Source: Glaucostegus cemiculus (taxonomy: Eukaryota). Taken from it: 64,000 nucleotides of DNA. A program made the position numbers and the translations under genes. Positions 53,865-64,000 of this stretch are shown here, piece by piece (position 1 is the stretch's first letter; the number at the start of each line of letters is the position of its first letter). The stretch covers positions 17,670,001 to 17,734,000 of the forward strand of contig CDPCPM010000033.1 of the NCBI GenBank assembly GCA_976551045.1, written 5' to 3'. The notes beneath the pieces were generated by a model, which was given only the letters and a program-made list of their open reading frames with translations, made no database searches and was not told the DNA's origin.

Positions 53865-54318
53865 AGCACACAAGATGCTGGAGGAATTCAGTGGATCAGG
53901 CAGCAACTATGGAGTGAAATAAACAGTTAATGTTTCGGGCCAAGACCCTTCTTCAGGACTGGAAAGGAGGACAGAAGTCAGAATAAAAGGACTGGAGTAG
54001 CATGAGCTGACAGGTGATACATGAATCATGGGATGGGATGGGATGGGATGGGATGGGATGGGATGGGATGGGATGGGATGGGATGGGATGGGTGGTGAGG
54101 GACATTGAAAAACAAGGGAAGCTGTGCAAAGCTGGGAGGTGGTAGTTAATTGAGGTAAAGGGCTGAAGACAATGAAGTCTGATAGGAGAGAACAGTGGAC
54201 CATGCAATACAAGAAAGGGAAGAGGTGGGGAACCAAAACGTCAACTGTTCATTTCCCTCCATAGATGCTGCCTGACCCACTGAGTTTCTCCAGATTTCCA
54301 GCATCTGTAGTCTCTCAT
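53865..54318. repeat. Penelope-derived fold-back repeat containing a (GGGAT)n microsatellite at 54029-54092
   Basis: AGATGCTGGAGGAATTCAGTGGATCAGGCAGCAACTATGGAG at the left is inverted relative to CTCCATAGATGCTGCCTGACCCACTGAGTTTCTCCAG at the right. About 12 GGGAT units. Confidence 0.75.
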
Positions 54319-55564
54319 GTTACAAGTAGTACAATTTTTAGTGAGCAAATGGTGGATAAACTGGCATTTTGCAAATACAAATTGTGGATGAGCAATAGAT
54401 GTATCAGACAAGGATAGAGTTCCAATTTAGACATTAAATGAGAAACAAGGGAATTGGATAAAGCAAGTCATTAACAGAGGAAGTAAAACAACAGCAAGAT
54501 TATTTATCCACATTAATATACAAAAAAGCCAGCCATACTCTTGTTGTGAGAATACAAATGAAACTGAAAGAGGCCAAGATATTAAGCTTTGAATGTGCTT
54601 TAGAAGTTCATTGTGCCTTAAACTCAAGAAATTTCTATAACCAATGGTTTGGCTAGCCTTAAGCTACATTCAACTAAATGCAGAACAAATGTTGTCAATA
54701 CCATAATGGTCGAGTATTCTGGTCAGAATTCAGCTGAGTCCTGTTTGTAAAAAAAATCCTTAAGTGTTGGATGCAATGCCAAAGTATTCTTGAGATAAAA
54801 GATAAAAGCTGCTCCCACTTCCAAAGTCACAGTTAAAATAGAGAAGGTGTCAGTATTTAAATGTGAATGAGTAACTTGAAACATAAAGTCTTAATGTTAT
54901 TTGTTCACAAGGTAATAGGTGCTGCCACTAGCAGAATTAAAGTTCAAAACCTAATCCTCAACTAATGAGATGAAACCCTAACAGGTACTGCTTGTATTCT
55001 GGTCATCCACAACTTCCAACTCCAAGAACAAGAGAGACCAAAGTAATCTACAATTCAACAGAGTACAAATCACAAAAGGAGGCTATTCAGTGAAATGAAT
55101 CTGTATCAGTTTTATGTAAAAGCCATTCCTCTCCTTAACCTCCCTCTTCACACACCCCACACCCCCCCAACAGACCTGCTAATTCTTTTTCACATGTAAA
55201 TTTAATCTGGTTCCACAACTATCCCACTAGTGCACTCCAGGCCCCAAATGCTCTGGTCTATATAAAAAAAATCCATGTTATCTTTCACCATTCGTTCTAT
55301 AGCCTGTAATTCTCAACTCCTCTGCAAATGGGAGTTTCTTTTCATCTATCACGAATACATTTCATGTTTAATATTGAAAAAAGTTTGTCAATGTAAAACC
55401 ACATATCGAGATATAAGAATTAAAATAACTCCGTAAGAAATATGGGCATAGTGACAACTGCAAATTGTCACAATGCCAAAGAAAATTGGCAATGGGTTTT
55501 TTTTTGAGGGTGGGTGGGAAGAGAAAAGGAAAACCAAGGAAAGTTAAAATAAGGATTGGAACAT

Positions 55565-55895
55565 AAAAAGCTCTTGAGGGTTCTGAGATAACGGATGTTT
55601 CCTCTTGAGGAATTTAGAATTGGAGAGGTCAGCATTTAAAAATAACAACTCACCCATTCAAAACAAGGCAAAAATATCTCCCCTCAGAGGGAGATGGTAT
55701 TTTGGGGTTTCTTCCTCAAAAAAATGGTGGAAGTAATCTTCCAATTTTTTTTAAGGCAAAGGTTAGCAGATACTTAATCAACAATGAGGTGAAAGGTTAC
55801 CGCGGATAGACGAGAGCTCACAGTGAAAGGTTATAAACAAACTTCATTAAATAGCGAGTAGGTTTAATAACCCCAGTAGTTTACTTCGAATCAAT
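55565..55895 (+). mobile_element. Highly decayed CR1 3' end
   Basis: GGATGTTTCCTCTT...TTTAAAAATAA...CTCAGAGGG...TTTTTAAGGCAAAGG...GGTGAAAGGTTACC aligns by eye with the CR1 3' end seen elsewhere in the window. Confidence 0.65.
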
Positions 55896-57101
55896 ACGCT
55901 CCAATGTACCTGAAGCCCGTAAGACCACCGAGCATGGTTAAAATACCCCGTTTTCAGGAAATCACGGTTCACCTCTCTCAATATCCCTTTACTCAGCCAC
56001 CCTACTCCACACATAAAGTAATAGCCCTGCCAATTTATAATCAGAAACAAGTTCTAACATGGAAGACTTACAGACAAAAGTGTGAATAGTACCCAAAGAA
56101 TTTCATCAAGAAGTTCTTGCACCTAATTTCCCACGCCTTAATCTAGTACCTAACGCGAAAATTAGCTATCAACAGCGAAAGGGAGTTTCTTTTCATATGA
56201 AAATTCGTTAATTTTGTTTTTAAATGTTAAGCAAAACACCTACTACTTTCCTATTGATACCTAGAAGATGACTATTAGGAATTAGAACTCGACCCAACTC
56301 CAGAAAAAAAACCAAAACTAGACGTCACAGTGAAAAAGATCAGTTCGCACAATGACGAGAATAACATTCACTTTACCGTTTTCCATAATTTCAGTCGTAA
56401 AAACACTTTAATTCCACCGCGATTTAAAAGGACTCAAAGCAGCTGGCTCTGCATTTATTTTTGATTGCAAGCAGTTCATTGGAGGCAATCATGCTCATTG
56501 ACTTCCATCTCCAAACAACAAGCTCACTTGATTTAACTGCAGATAACATAATGGAAAACAGCAGCTACAAAGAAATAATCACTTAATAGAAAGAGCTTCA
56601 GGAATTTTAAAAAATGACATTAAATATAAATCCCTTCTCCAACTGCGCATTTGAAATATCTTGTCAGATTCAAAGCATTTAAAAGATAACTTAACCCCAC
56701 GATGCTGAACTTTAGTGACGTGGGTTTCAGTTGCTTGGTTGAGGCGGATAAGGAGCGTTGGTGTGAAAAGTTAGCATTCTCAAAGCTCAGGTAACCTGCA
56801 CCCCCTCTGTCCCTATATCTCTCCTTGTGGTCCATCCAAATCCCTCCCACACACCCTTCTTTCTAAATCTTCCATCACCCAGTTTCTCTTCCCCCTCCCC
56901 CATCAGCCACACACTTCCCCCGGTGGGTCCCCTGTTACCTCCCTCCAGTATTCTCTTCTGTCCACCATCTTATTCCATCCTTCATCTTCCTTTCTTATCT
57001 GATTCAATCTGCGGCCCTTTGGTGTCTCCACTTATCAACTCCCATTTTCTGTCACAATCTCTGTACCTCCCTCCCCCAACTTTTTAATTTTTAATACTTA
57101 C

Positions 57102-57195
57102 CTGATGGAAATTGTGTATTTATGGGGGTGGGAAGAGAGCTCCTGTGTTTCCTCTTGCCCCCATTAGCAGTGCAAGAACAGATATGGGAAACCAT
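57102..57195 (-). CDS. DAPL1: Candidate DAPL1 exon 1 (MVSHICSCTANGGKRKHRSSLPTPINTQFPS-G)
   Basis: Perfect CAG|gtaagt donor in phase 1, matching exon 2. It gives a 108-aa product (human is ~107 aa) but lacks the GGHPPAV motif. The start codon is uncertain. Confidence 0.5.
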
Positions 57196-59859
57196 ATGCC
57201 CCTCCAGACAGGGCTCTACTCCATACACACCACAATGGCTTTTTAATGTTCTGCTTTGGAGAGACTTGTACAGGATCAAGTCTAACAACTGAACTAAAGT
57301 AGCAATTTGCAGAATCCCAGATGTTAAGTTAGCAAAAAAAAGTTAATATCAAATTATTGCAGCCCAAGTAGAAATAGTTGGGCATTCCTACTTGGAACAA
57401 CTTCCCTTGAATTTAATTTTTCTATTTAAACACCCTCCTCACATACCTTGATGGGATAATTTTTGAGAGTCCCTGGTATACCACCTTCCTTTCCCTCCAA
57501 TCTGAAATTTTGGCCTCAACCAACACAAATAAAAGCTAAGCAAAAATTTTTACTGTTCTCTCAGGTGTTCAGACTGATCACTTCCTTTGTTGCTTTTCAC
57601 ACTCCACATTGTTGCCAAGTAAAAATCATTCTTTTTGTCTTAACACTTGAGAACAAGCAACGTAGGGGCAATATTTGGAAGAACCACCAGTTGATCTGGG
57701 TTCACACCTGCTGATCAACCTCCCCCTCAACCTTATCATTTGGGGATGTTTAGTGAAGTGATAGTCACAAGAAACAAACACCATGAGTTTTAAGTTGGAG
57801 AGGGATGGTAGCTGGGACTGTGTGGTGTTTGTTGCATTGTCGCAGTTAACAAAATCAGGATATTGCAGCATGTTAATGTTACAATTCAGTTTCATTTCAT
57901 GGCTAAATTCACATTTACTTAGCTTTATCACATTGCCTATCTTTCAAGTTCTTTACAATTCCAATTACAATCCTAATTGCTAATATTTGTTGTTTATACC
58001 CAAAATAGTTGACAGTTTTAATGAAATTTAATCTGAATTGTTTATTTGAAATATAGTAAATATAGTTTACAAAAAAAAAACACAGGTAAATATTCTGTCT
58101 TTGTAGTATCAGTAACTGGTATAGATTTCTTGATTCTTGAAACATTCTTCCAAATGTTTTCTTGTAATAATTAGTGAAGCAGTTTGTTCACAGCAGCAGG
58201 ACATTTCTCATCTCTCTCCACAAGAACCAAATGGGTCCATAAATAAACTTAAAAAGTAAAACGACATACTGGCCAATTTTTGCCAAGCTTATGCTGATCT
58301 ATTAACTGAAGATTATGCCACCAGAAGAAAGAAAAAATGAGAAAAATGCTGGAGCTGGAGACCAAAGAGAATACGAGATGAAGGTAAAGCCAAGAGTGAT
58401 AGCTGGTGTAGTGTGGGTGAAGTCATGAAGAAGAGAATTTTAACTTCATTGTGCCATAGGGACAAGGAGCCAATGTGTGTCAGTGAGGATGAATGATAAT
58501 GGACAATTAGAGTTTTCTGGTGAATTGGCAAATGTATCGATCTAGTAGAGTTTAGGGAAAGTGATGGAGAGGCATGGTCAGAGAAGTAATGTACAGAGCT
58601 AACAGAAACGGTCATAGAATAATGAAGCAGCTGGAAGTAAGTGATGCTGAAGACTATGAGTAAGCAGACAGTGTAGTTTCTGGTTAGGTTTGCGTGGGAA
58701 ATGAGGTTCTGCTGCTGCTGCCTTCCAAAAGTAGCAGTAATACATTCACTGGTTTAGCAAAATTAATTTTGAAGTATCTTAAACAACCGAATTGTGGTCT
58801 ACATCGATGGTTTTTATAATTAATTTATAGACATAAACAAGCTGTGCATTTCTTTCTTGAGACTATAGGAAGCTCTAAATACAATTGTTTATAGCAAGCT
58901 GGTTTTAACTTTAAAAATAAGTCCTTACTGTCAAGAGAATACCACAGTCAGCTGGCCTGATCAGTCACCAGAAGTCATGTCTCATAGGACTGTTAGTGGA
59001 TTGGCTCCCAGGATAGTTGAGAGTTTATGCAGGGTTCAGCTGGAGAGAGGTTATCCAGGTCACCGTAATCTCTCAACCTCAAGTAAAGGTTTTCATCATG
59101 GAATAAGGAATTCTGTATTTTTTGTCCTTTAATTGAAAATTTCTCATCAGGGCTTCACCACAGCTAATCAAGGGTTTCACCACTGGTTTGTTATAAACAT
59201 AGATAGGAGGAGACAACAATCCTGCACTAGATGGGAAACATTCATTGTTAAATAGATTAATTATGTATGGTGAAAAGTATAATAGCAATAAATAATGCAG
59301 ACAGAATGTAGGGATAGGTAATAGAGCAGATTACATTGTTACAAAAGCCATTGACTTATGGCTTGTGTACCTCTGAGAGAAAGGCAAGCTTATGCTGATA
59401 GCAACAGTAATTCTATGACCCAAAAGATCTGAAGAATGATTTTTAAAGCAAATGCCTGTTAAATTGAGATTGTCTTAAACTTGGTGCTAGAATATTTTAA
59501 AGATGTAGCCATAAAAAATGTACACTAAAATCAAGATGGAGAATAAAACCAAATGTTACTGCACAGTGAAAGTTGTTTGGAATTCTATTAATGTTGGAAT
59601 CTTGCAATCTAGAATATCGTTAATATACCAGTAGTAAGAATAGAAAATGTTGTTGATATCCATCTTGATAAACATCATCACTGTGAAACATTAACTCTAT
59701 CTTTCTCCATAGATGCTGCCTAATTTACTGAGTATTTCTAGTATTTTGCTTTTATTTCCAGCACCTGCAGTTTTCTACTTCTAACAAACATGAGCTTCAG
59801 AAAGAAAATATTGCTAAACTAGTGAAGAAAAAGAAAAAAATCTTGAGCTCAAAACTTCA

Positions 59860-60575
59860 GTGTATGGAATGATCACATTTATTTATAAATGCATATAGCA
59901 AATGGCAGTGAAACCAGCCACAGAATGGGAATGGAAAAATAAGTTTTCAGTTTACTGGGAAATACACATTCTTTGAAATTACAAAACTTTTTTAAAACAA
60001 AATGTACTTATTTTCATTTTGATTAATTCATCTATTTTAAGACTCCCGTATTTTAAAATTAACTTCAATACAGGACACTCCTTTAAGAAATGATTTCAAC
60101 CTTCTTCACATGGCAGTTCCATATTTACACCAAAGAAAGCAAAATTTACAAGGTGTATGGAATACATAATTTGAAGATTCATATTTCAATAAAACAAAAT
60201 GGACATATATATTTAAAATGTCTGTACAAACCAAAAGTAACACTTTATTCACAGAAGTTTCACATTTTATTTTGCTCACACATTATCCAACTATTTTCTT
60301 CCATCTCAAACCTTTCATCACTTTGCCCACACCACCACCACCAAACTATAAAAGCTACATAAGAAATCTAACATCTAGTCTGACTTAAAAGATGCATCAA
60401 TTTTCCTTTGCTGTTCCTTTCATATCCTTTTTCAAAAGAGTCACACCCTCAATTCCTTCCTTAAAGTTACATTCACACTGTCTCCACTGGAAGTCTTTTA
60501 CATCAATGATTACTTACAATCAAATCTCAAAAATGGAGCAAAAAGACATTTTTCTTCTATTTTGTCTTCCTAATA
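59860..60575 (-). other. PKP4: PKP4 3'UTR with AATAAA signals at 60244-60249 and 59878-59883
   Basis: Repeat-free AT-rich sequence immediately after the PKP4 stop, with TTTATT on the plus strand. Confidence 0.6.
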
Positions 60576-60824
60576 TTAAACCCAGGAGTCTGGGGATCCT
60601 GGGTACTGGTCTGCTCGGTAAGGCGGCCGTGTTGTGGAATACAAGTCTACATAATTAGTTGAGGTTTTTAGTCCACGTTGTGATGTGTAATCTGTGACTG
60701 CTGGATAATGAATTTGGTCATCAAAATAAGGGTCTTCATAACTGTGGGGAGACTGCATATACATTCTATAAGCATCATAGTTTCTTCTGCTTGGGTCATC
60801 TTGGCCATAGTACATCTGTGGATG
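60576..60824 (-). CDS. PKP4: Plakophilin-4 (p0071) last coding exon, ending in the PDZ-binding motif DSWV
   Basis: HPQMYYGQDDPSRRNYDAYRMYMQSPHSYEDPYFDD...YRADQYPGSPDSWV* matches human HQQLYYSQDD..YLQSPHSYEDPYFDD..YRAEQYPGSPDSWV. Acceptor ttttttaacag. Confidence 0.96.
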   Translation of the reverse strand, partial: HPQMYYGQDDPSRRNYDAYRMYMQSPHSYEDPYFDDQIHYPAVTDYTSQRGLKTSTNYVDLYSTTRPPYRADQYPGSPDSWV

Positions 60825-61706
60825 CTGTTAAAAAATGTGAAAATTAATAAAGCAGAATTATAGCAACACCATATAAACTACCAACTCGGTAATATTTAAT
60901 TCAATTGAAATGATAAATATTAAAATATTTTGTAAAAAAATGCAGTTGGTTACACAATGTGCAAGTTATAAATGAAATTTAATAGCTGTCATAGACTTGG
61001 TGCTATATTTGAACATTCCAAAAACTGTTTTTCCATTTTCCATTGATTTAAGATGGACTTTCATTTGAGTTTTTCAGTCAAGCAGTTTAGAAATCTTTTC
61101 TCATAGTCAAATATAGTATTTGGGAGAAGTTTCCACAGATTTAAAAATTAAGTAGATTCATCTTCAGAACTTAATCTGATTTATACTGTCCAGTGATTTT
61201 CATCAACTAGCTTTTACACATTCCTAGATAAGGTTAAGTGCAAAATTGAACACTCAGCAGATATTTTCCACAGAATGCACTCTTGCTAGTGGAAACAGCT
61301 AATTGAGATACATCAGTGTCAAACCAATGTGAGGCATTCAAAAAGGAGATTGAAACGGTTCAGGATAAAGTTATTTCATAAGGAAAATGGCTGACACTGC
61401 CAAAACTAGAGCTCACTGCTGATAAACCGCATAGAGGGTTATATACTGAGAGCTCAGTACTGCATAACAGCTGTAAGATATTGTAGAGAATGTAGGGATG
61501 AAATTATAAGGAATTCTTAGCATGAAGAAAATACTGATAGGTAAAATCAAAGAAAATCCAAATATGTTTTGTATGTTCATGAAGAACAGGAGGATTAGAG
61601 TAGGTCTGCATTCTGAAGATGGATCACTGACCTGAATTATTAATTTTGTTTTTCTCTCTGTAGATGCTGAATATTTTCAGAATTCTCTGCTGTTATAAAA
61701 CAAGAG

Positions 61707-62439
61707 GGCCTCACGAAGAAAGCTCAGAAACGCCTCTACTTCCTGCGGAGGCTGAGGAAAGCGTACCCCCATCCCTCCGTCATGAAAACCTTCTATAGGG
61801 GGACCATTGAGAGCATCCTAACTCAATGTATCACTGTTTGGTTTGGAAGCTGCTCAGCTGCTGGGCGGAAGTCCCTCCAGAAGATAGTTAGGGCTGCGGA
61901 GTCGATCATAGGTGTCTCGCGTCCATCCCTCGCAGACATATACAAAGACCATTGTGTGAGGAAGACCAAAAGCATAATGGCCGACCCTTCTCACCCCTCC
62001 CACCACCTCTTCACAATTTTGCCATCAGGGAGGAGGCTTAAATGTATCAGAGCAAGAACGACCAGGCTGAACAATAGCTTCTTTCCGCAAGCCATCAGAA
62101 CTGCAAACTCTCTCATCCCTCCATCTTCCTTTGTTAACACTAAGAGATGCTAGGTGCACAGAAATGCACCAGCACTTTAAATGCCCGACACCAGCCTGTT
62201 CACTTTAATAACTATTTATTATTTACCAGCCATTTTTAATTTAATCTGCATACTAATTTAATTTTAACTTCTGTAGCTTTTAATGTTTAATGTTTTGTAA
62301 TGTTTATTCTGTCAAGTGTGTATGTGTGTCTCTGTTGGTTGTTATGTTATTTTATGGGACGAGCACCTGAGGAGGACGGTATCTCGCTCCTATGCATATT
62401 ATGTATGTATATGGTTGTGACAATAAAACTGATTCTGAT
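61707..62439 (+). mobile_element. Young Rex1/Babar-type LINE 3' fragment, same family as 33009-34955, inserted in an old CR1 within the last PKP4 intron
   Basis: ORF 61782-62153 is nearly identical to the C-terminal 123 aa of the 567-aa ORF. It ends in GTGACAATAAAACTGATTCTGATT. Confidence 0.92.
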
Positions 62440-62699
62440 TAAGGACCAAATAAGTAACTCATATGTAGATGTGGAGGATATGGTAAAGTTCTTAATGAAT
62501 ATTTTGCAACACTCTTCACTGAAGGAGGAATATTTGCTGACAAAGTAGTTTTGAAAGAGTGTAAAATTTTAAATGGGATACTTTCAAAGCAGATAAAAAC
62601 ACCACGAGAAAGGAGTATGTCCCAGGCTGTTAAAAGCAGTAAAGGAGAACTGTGGAAACTTATGTGGGTCCACTTTACGGGCTATGTGGAATGGTCATT

Positions 62700-64000
62700 G
62701 TTAGAACATGGAACAGTACAGCACAGGAACAGGCCCTTTGGCCCACACTATTGTGCCAACTAAACTAGCAATTAAATGCCTAACTAAACTTATCCCTTCT
62801 GCCAACACAATGTCCATATCCCTCCATTCTCTGCACTATCCAATAGCTTCTTAAACACCTCTATCGTATTTGCCTTCACCACCACCCCTGGCAGTGCATT
62901 CCAGGCACCCACCACACTCTATGTTTAAAAAAAAGAACTTGCCCCACATATTTCCTTTCAACTTACCCCCTCTCACCTTAAATACAAGCCCTCAAGTATT
63001 AGACATTTTGACTCTGGGGAAAAAGATATCAGCTGTCCACTCTATCTATGCCTCTCATAATCTTATAAACTTCTATCAGATCTCACCTCAGCCTCTGCTG
63101 CTCCAGAAAAAACAACCCAAGTTTGTCCAACCTCTCCTAATAGCACATGCCCTCTAATACAGGCAGCATCCTGGCAAAAGGCAATCTAGCTCCTTTATAA
63201 TATATCGTGGCGGCACGATAGCGCAGTGGTTAGCGCGACGCTGTTACAGCACCAGCGATCGGGGTTCGATTCCCGTCGCTGTCTGTAAGGAGTTTGTACG
63301 TTCTCCCGTGCCTGCGTGGGTTTCCTCCGGGTGCTCCGGTTTCCTCCCACATTCTAAAACACGTATGGGTAGGTTAATTTGGGGGTTTAAAATGGGCGGC
63401 GCGGACTCGTTGGGCCAAAAGGGCCTGTTACCACGCTGTAAATAAAATTTAAATTAAAAATTTAAAATCCTCAAGGGCTCCATTTGATTCTAGCTTCCTA
63501 AACCTTACAATACACATTATTTTTATTTTTGACTAAATTCACCACCTCTCTCAACATCCAAGGTTCCCTTACCTTGCCATCCTTGTCCTTCCTTCTTACT
63601 GGAACATACCTGTCCTGTACTCTGTGCAGTTGGGCTTTAAACATCCTCCACATGTCAGAAATGTTCTTGCCCAAAAACAGCTGTTCTCAATTAACTCTCT
63701 TTAGTTCCTGCTTAATACTTGTGTAATTTGCCCTGATCCAATTTAGTACTCTCCCGCAAGGTCCATACTTATCCTTATCTATAGCTATCTTAAAACTCAA
63801 GGAGTTGTGGTCACTGTTCTTCCACCTGGCCAAGCTCATTTCCCAACCCAGGTCTAGTATGGCCCCTCCTCTTGTTGGACAAATTCTGCCCCATCTAAAC
63901 CTCTTGAACTAAGGAGGTCCCAATCTATATTAGGGAAGTTAAAGTCACCCCTGACAACAACTCTGTTGTATTTACACCTTTCCCTAATCTGCCTGCATAT
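62700..64000 (-). mobile_element. CR1 LINE fragments (3' end at 62700-63175, internal ORF2 part to the window end)
   Basis: TAGAACATGGAACAGTACAGCACAGGAACAGGCCCTTTGGCCC terminus. The reverse of GDFNFPNIDWD (endonuclease region) appears near 63915-63950. Confidence 0.85.
63207..63466 (+). mobile_element. tRNA-derived V-SINE (HE1-like), tail type B, very young (CpG-rich)
   Basis: Nearly identical to 25049-25300, with intact A/B boxes and an (AAATTT)n-like tail. Confidence 0.93.

Noticed and set aside
55882-56163. A 93-codon ATG-to-TAA frame (MKLSYARLHGLRAFWWLVP...LDHGLRF) appears if the complement is read left to right (3'->5'), and the region superficially looks mirror-reversed
   Set aside because: No mechanism reads DNA in that direction and the peptide resembles nothing I recognise. 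Its start overlaps a normally oriented decayed CR1 end, so it is most likely chance. BLAST of the reversed sequence would settle it.
55819-56332. Two CACAGTG heptamers (55819, 56326) resembling V(D)J recombination signals
   Set aside because: There is no ACAAAAACC-like nonamer at 12 or 23 bp spacing and no Ig/TCR segments nearby.
56793-56835. Alternative DAPL1 exon 1 (MDHKERYRDRGGA-G)
   Set aside because: The donor (gttacc) is poor and the sequence lies in a pyrimidine-rich Penelope-like relic.

Overview
This is vertebrate genomic DNA, most likely from an elasmobranch (shark or ray), judged from its HE1-type V-SINEs, HER1/CR1 LINEs, Rex1/Babar LINEs and Penelope relics. All three genes are on the minus strand, in the conserved order PKP4 -> DAPL1 -> TANC1. 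The window holds the last exon and 3'UTR of PKP4 (~59.9-60.8 kb), a four-exon DAPL1 (48.8-57.2 kb; conserved C-terminus, strongly divergent N-terminus) and the 5' part of TANC1 (CpG-island promoter at ~42.4-43.3 kb, five coding exons between 14.4 kb and 1.3 kb, continuing past base 1). The rest is intronic or intergenic and rich in transposons, including a full-length degenerate IR/DR Tc1 element, a young 5'-truncated Rex1/Babar LINE with an intact 567-codon ORF, MITEs and nested insertions. I found no clearly novel biological system. The best leads are the remodelled DAPL1 N-terminus, an apparent acceptor shift and an overlapping uORF in TANC1, an AT-rich CpG-retaining domain in DAPL1 intron 1, and V-SINEs carrying two different LINE-derived tails. 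Homology calls come from manual translation and recalled sequences, not database searches, and repeat boundaries are approximate.
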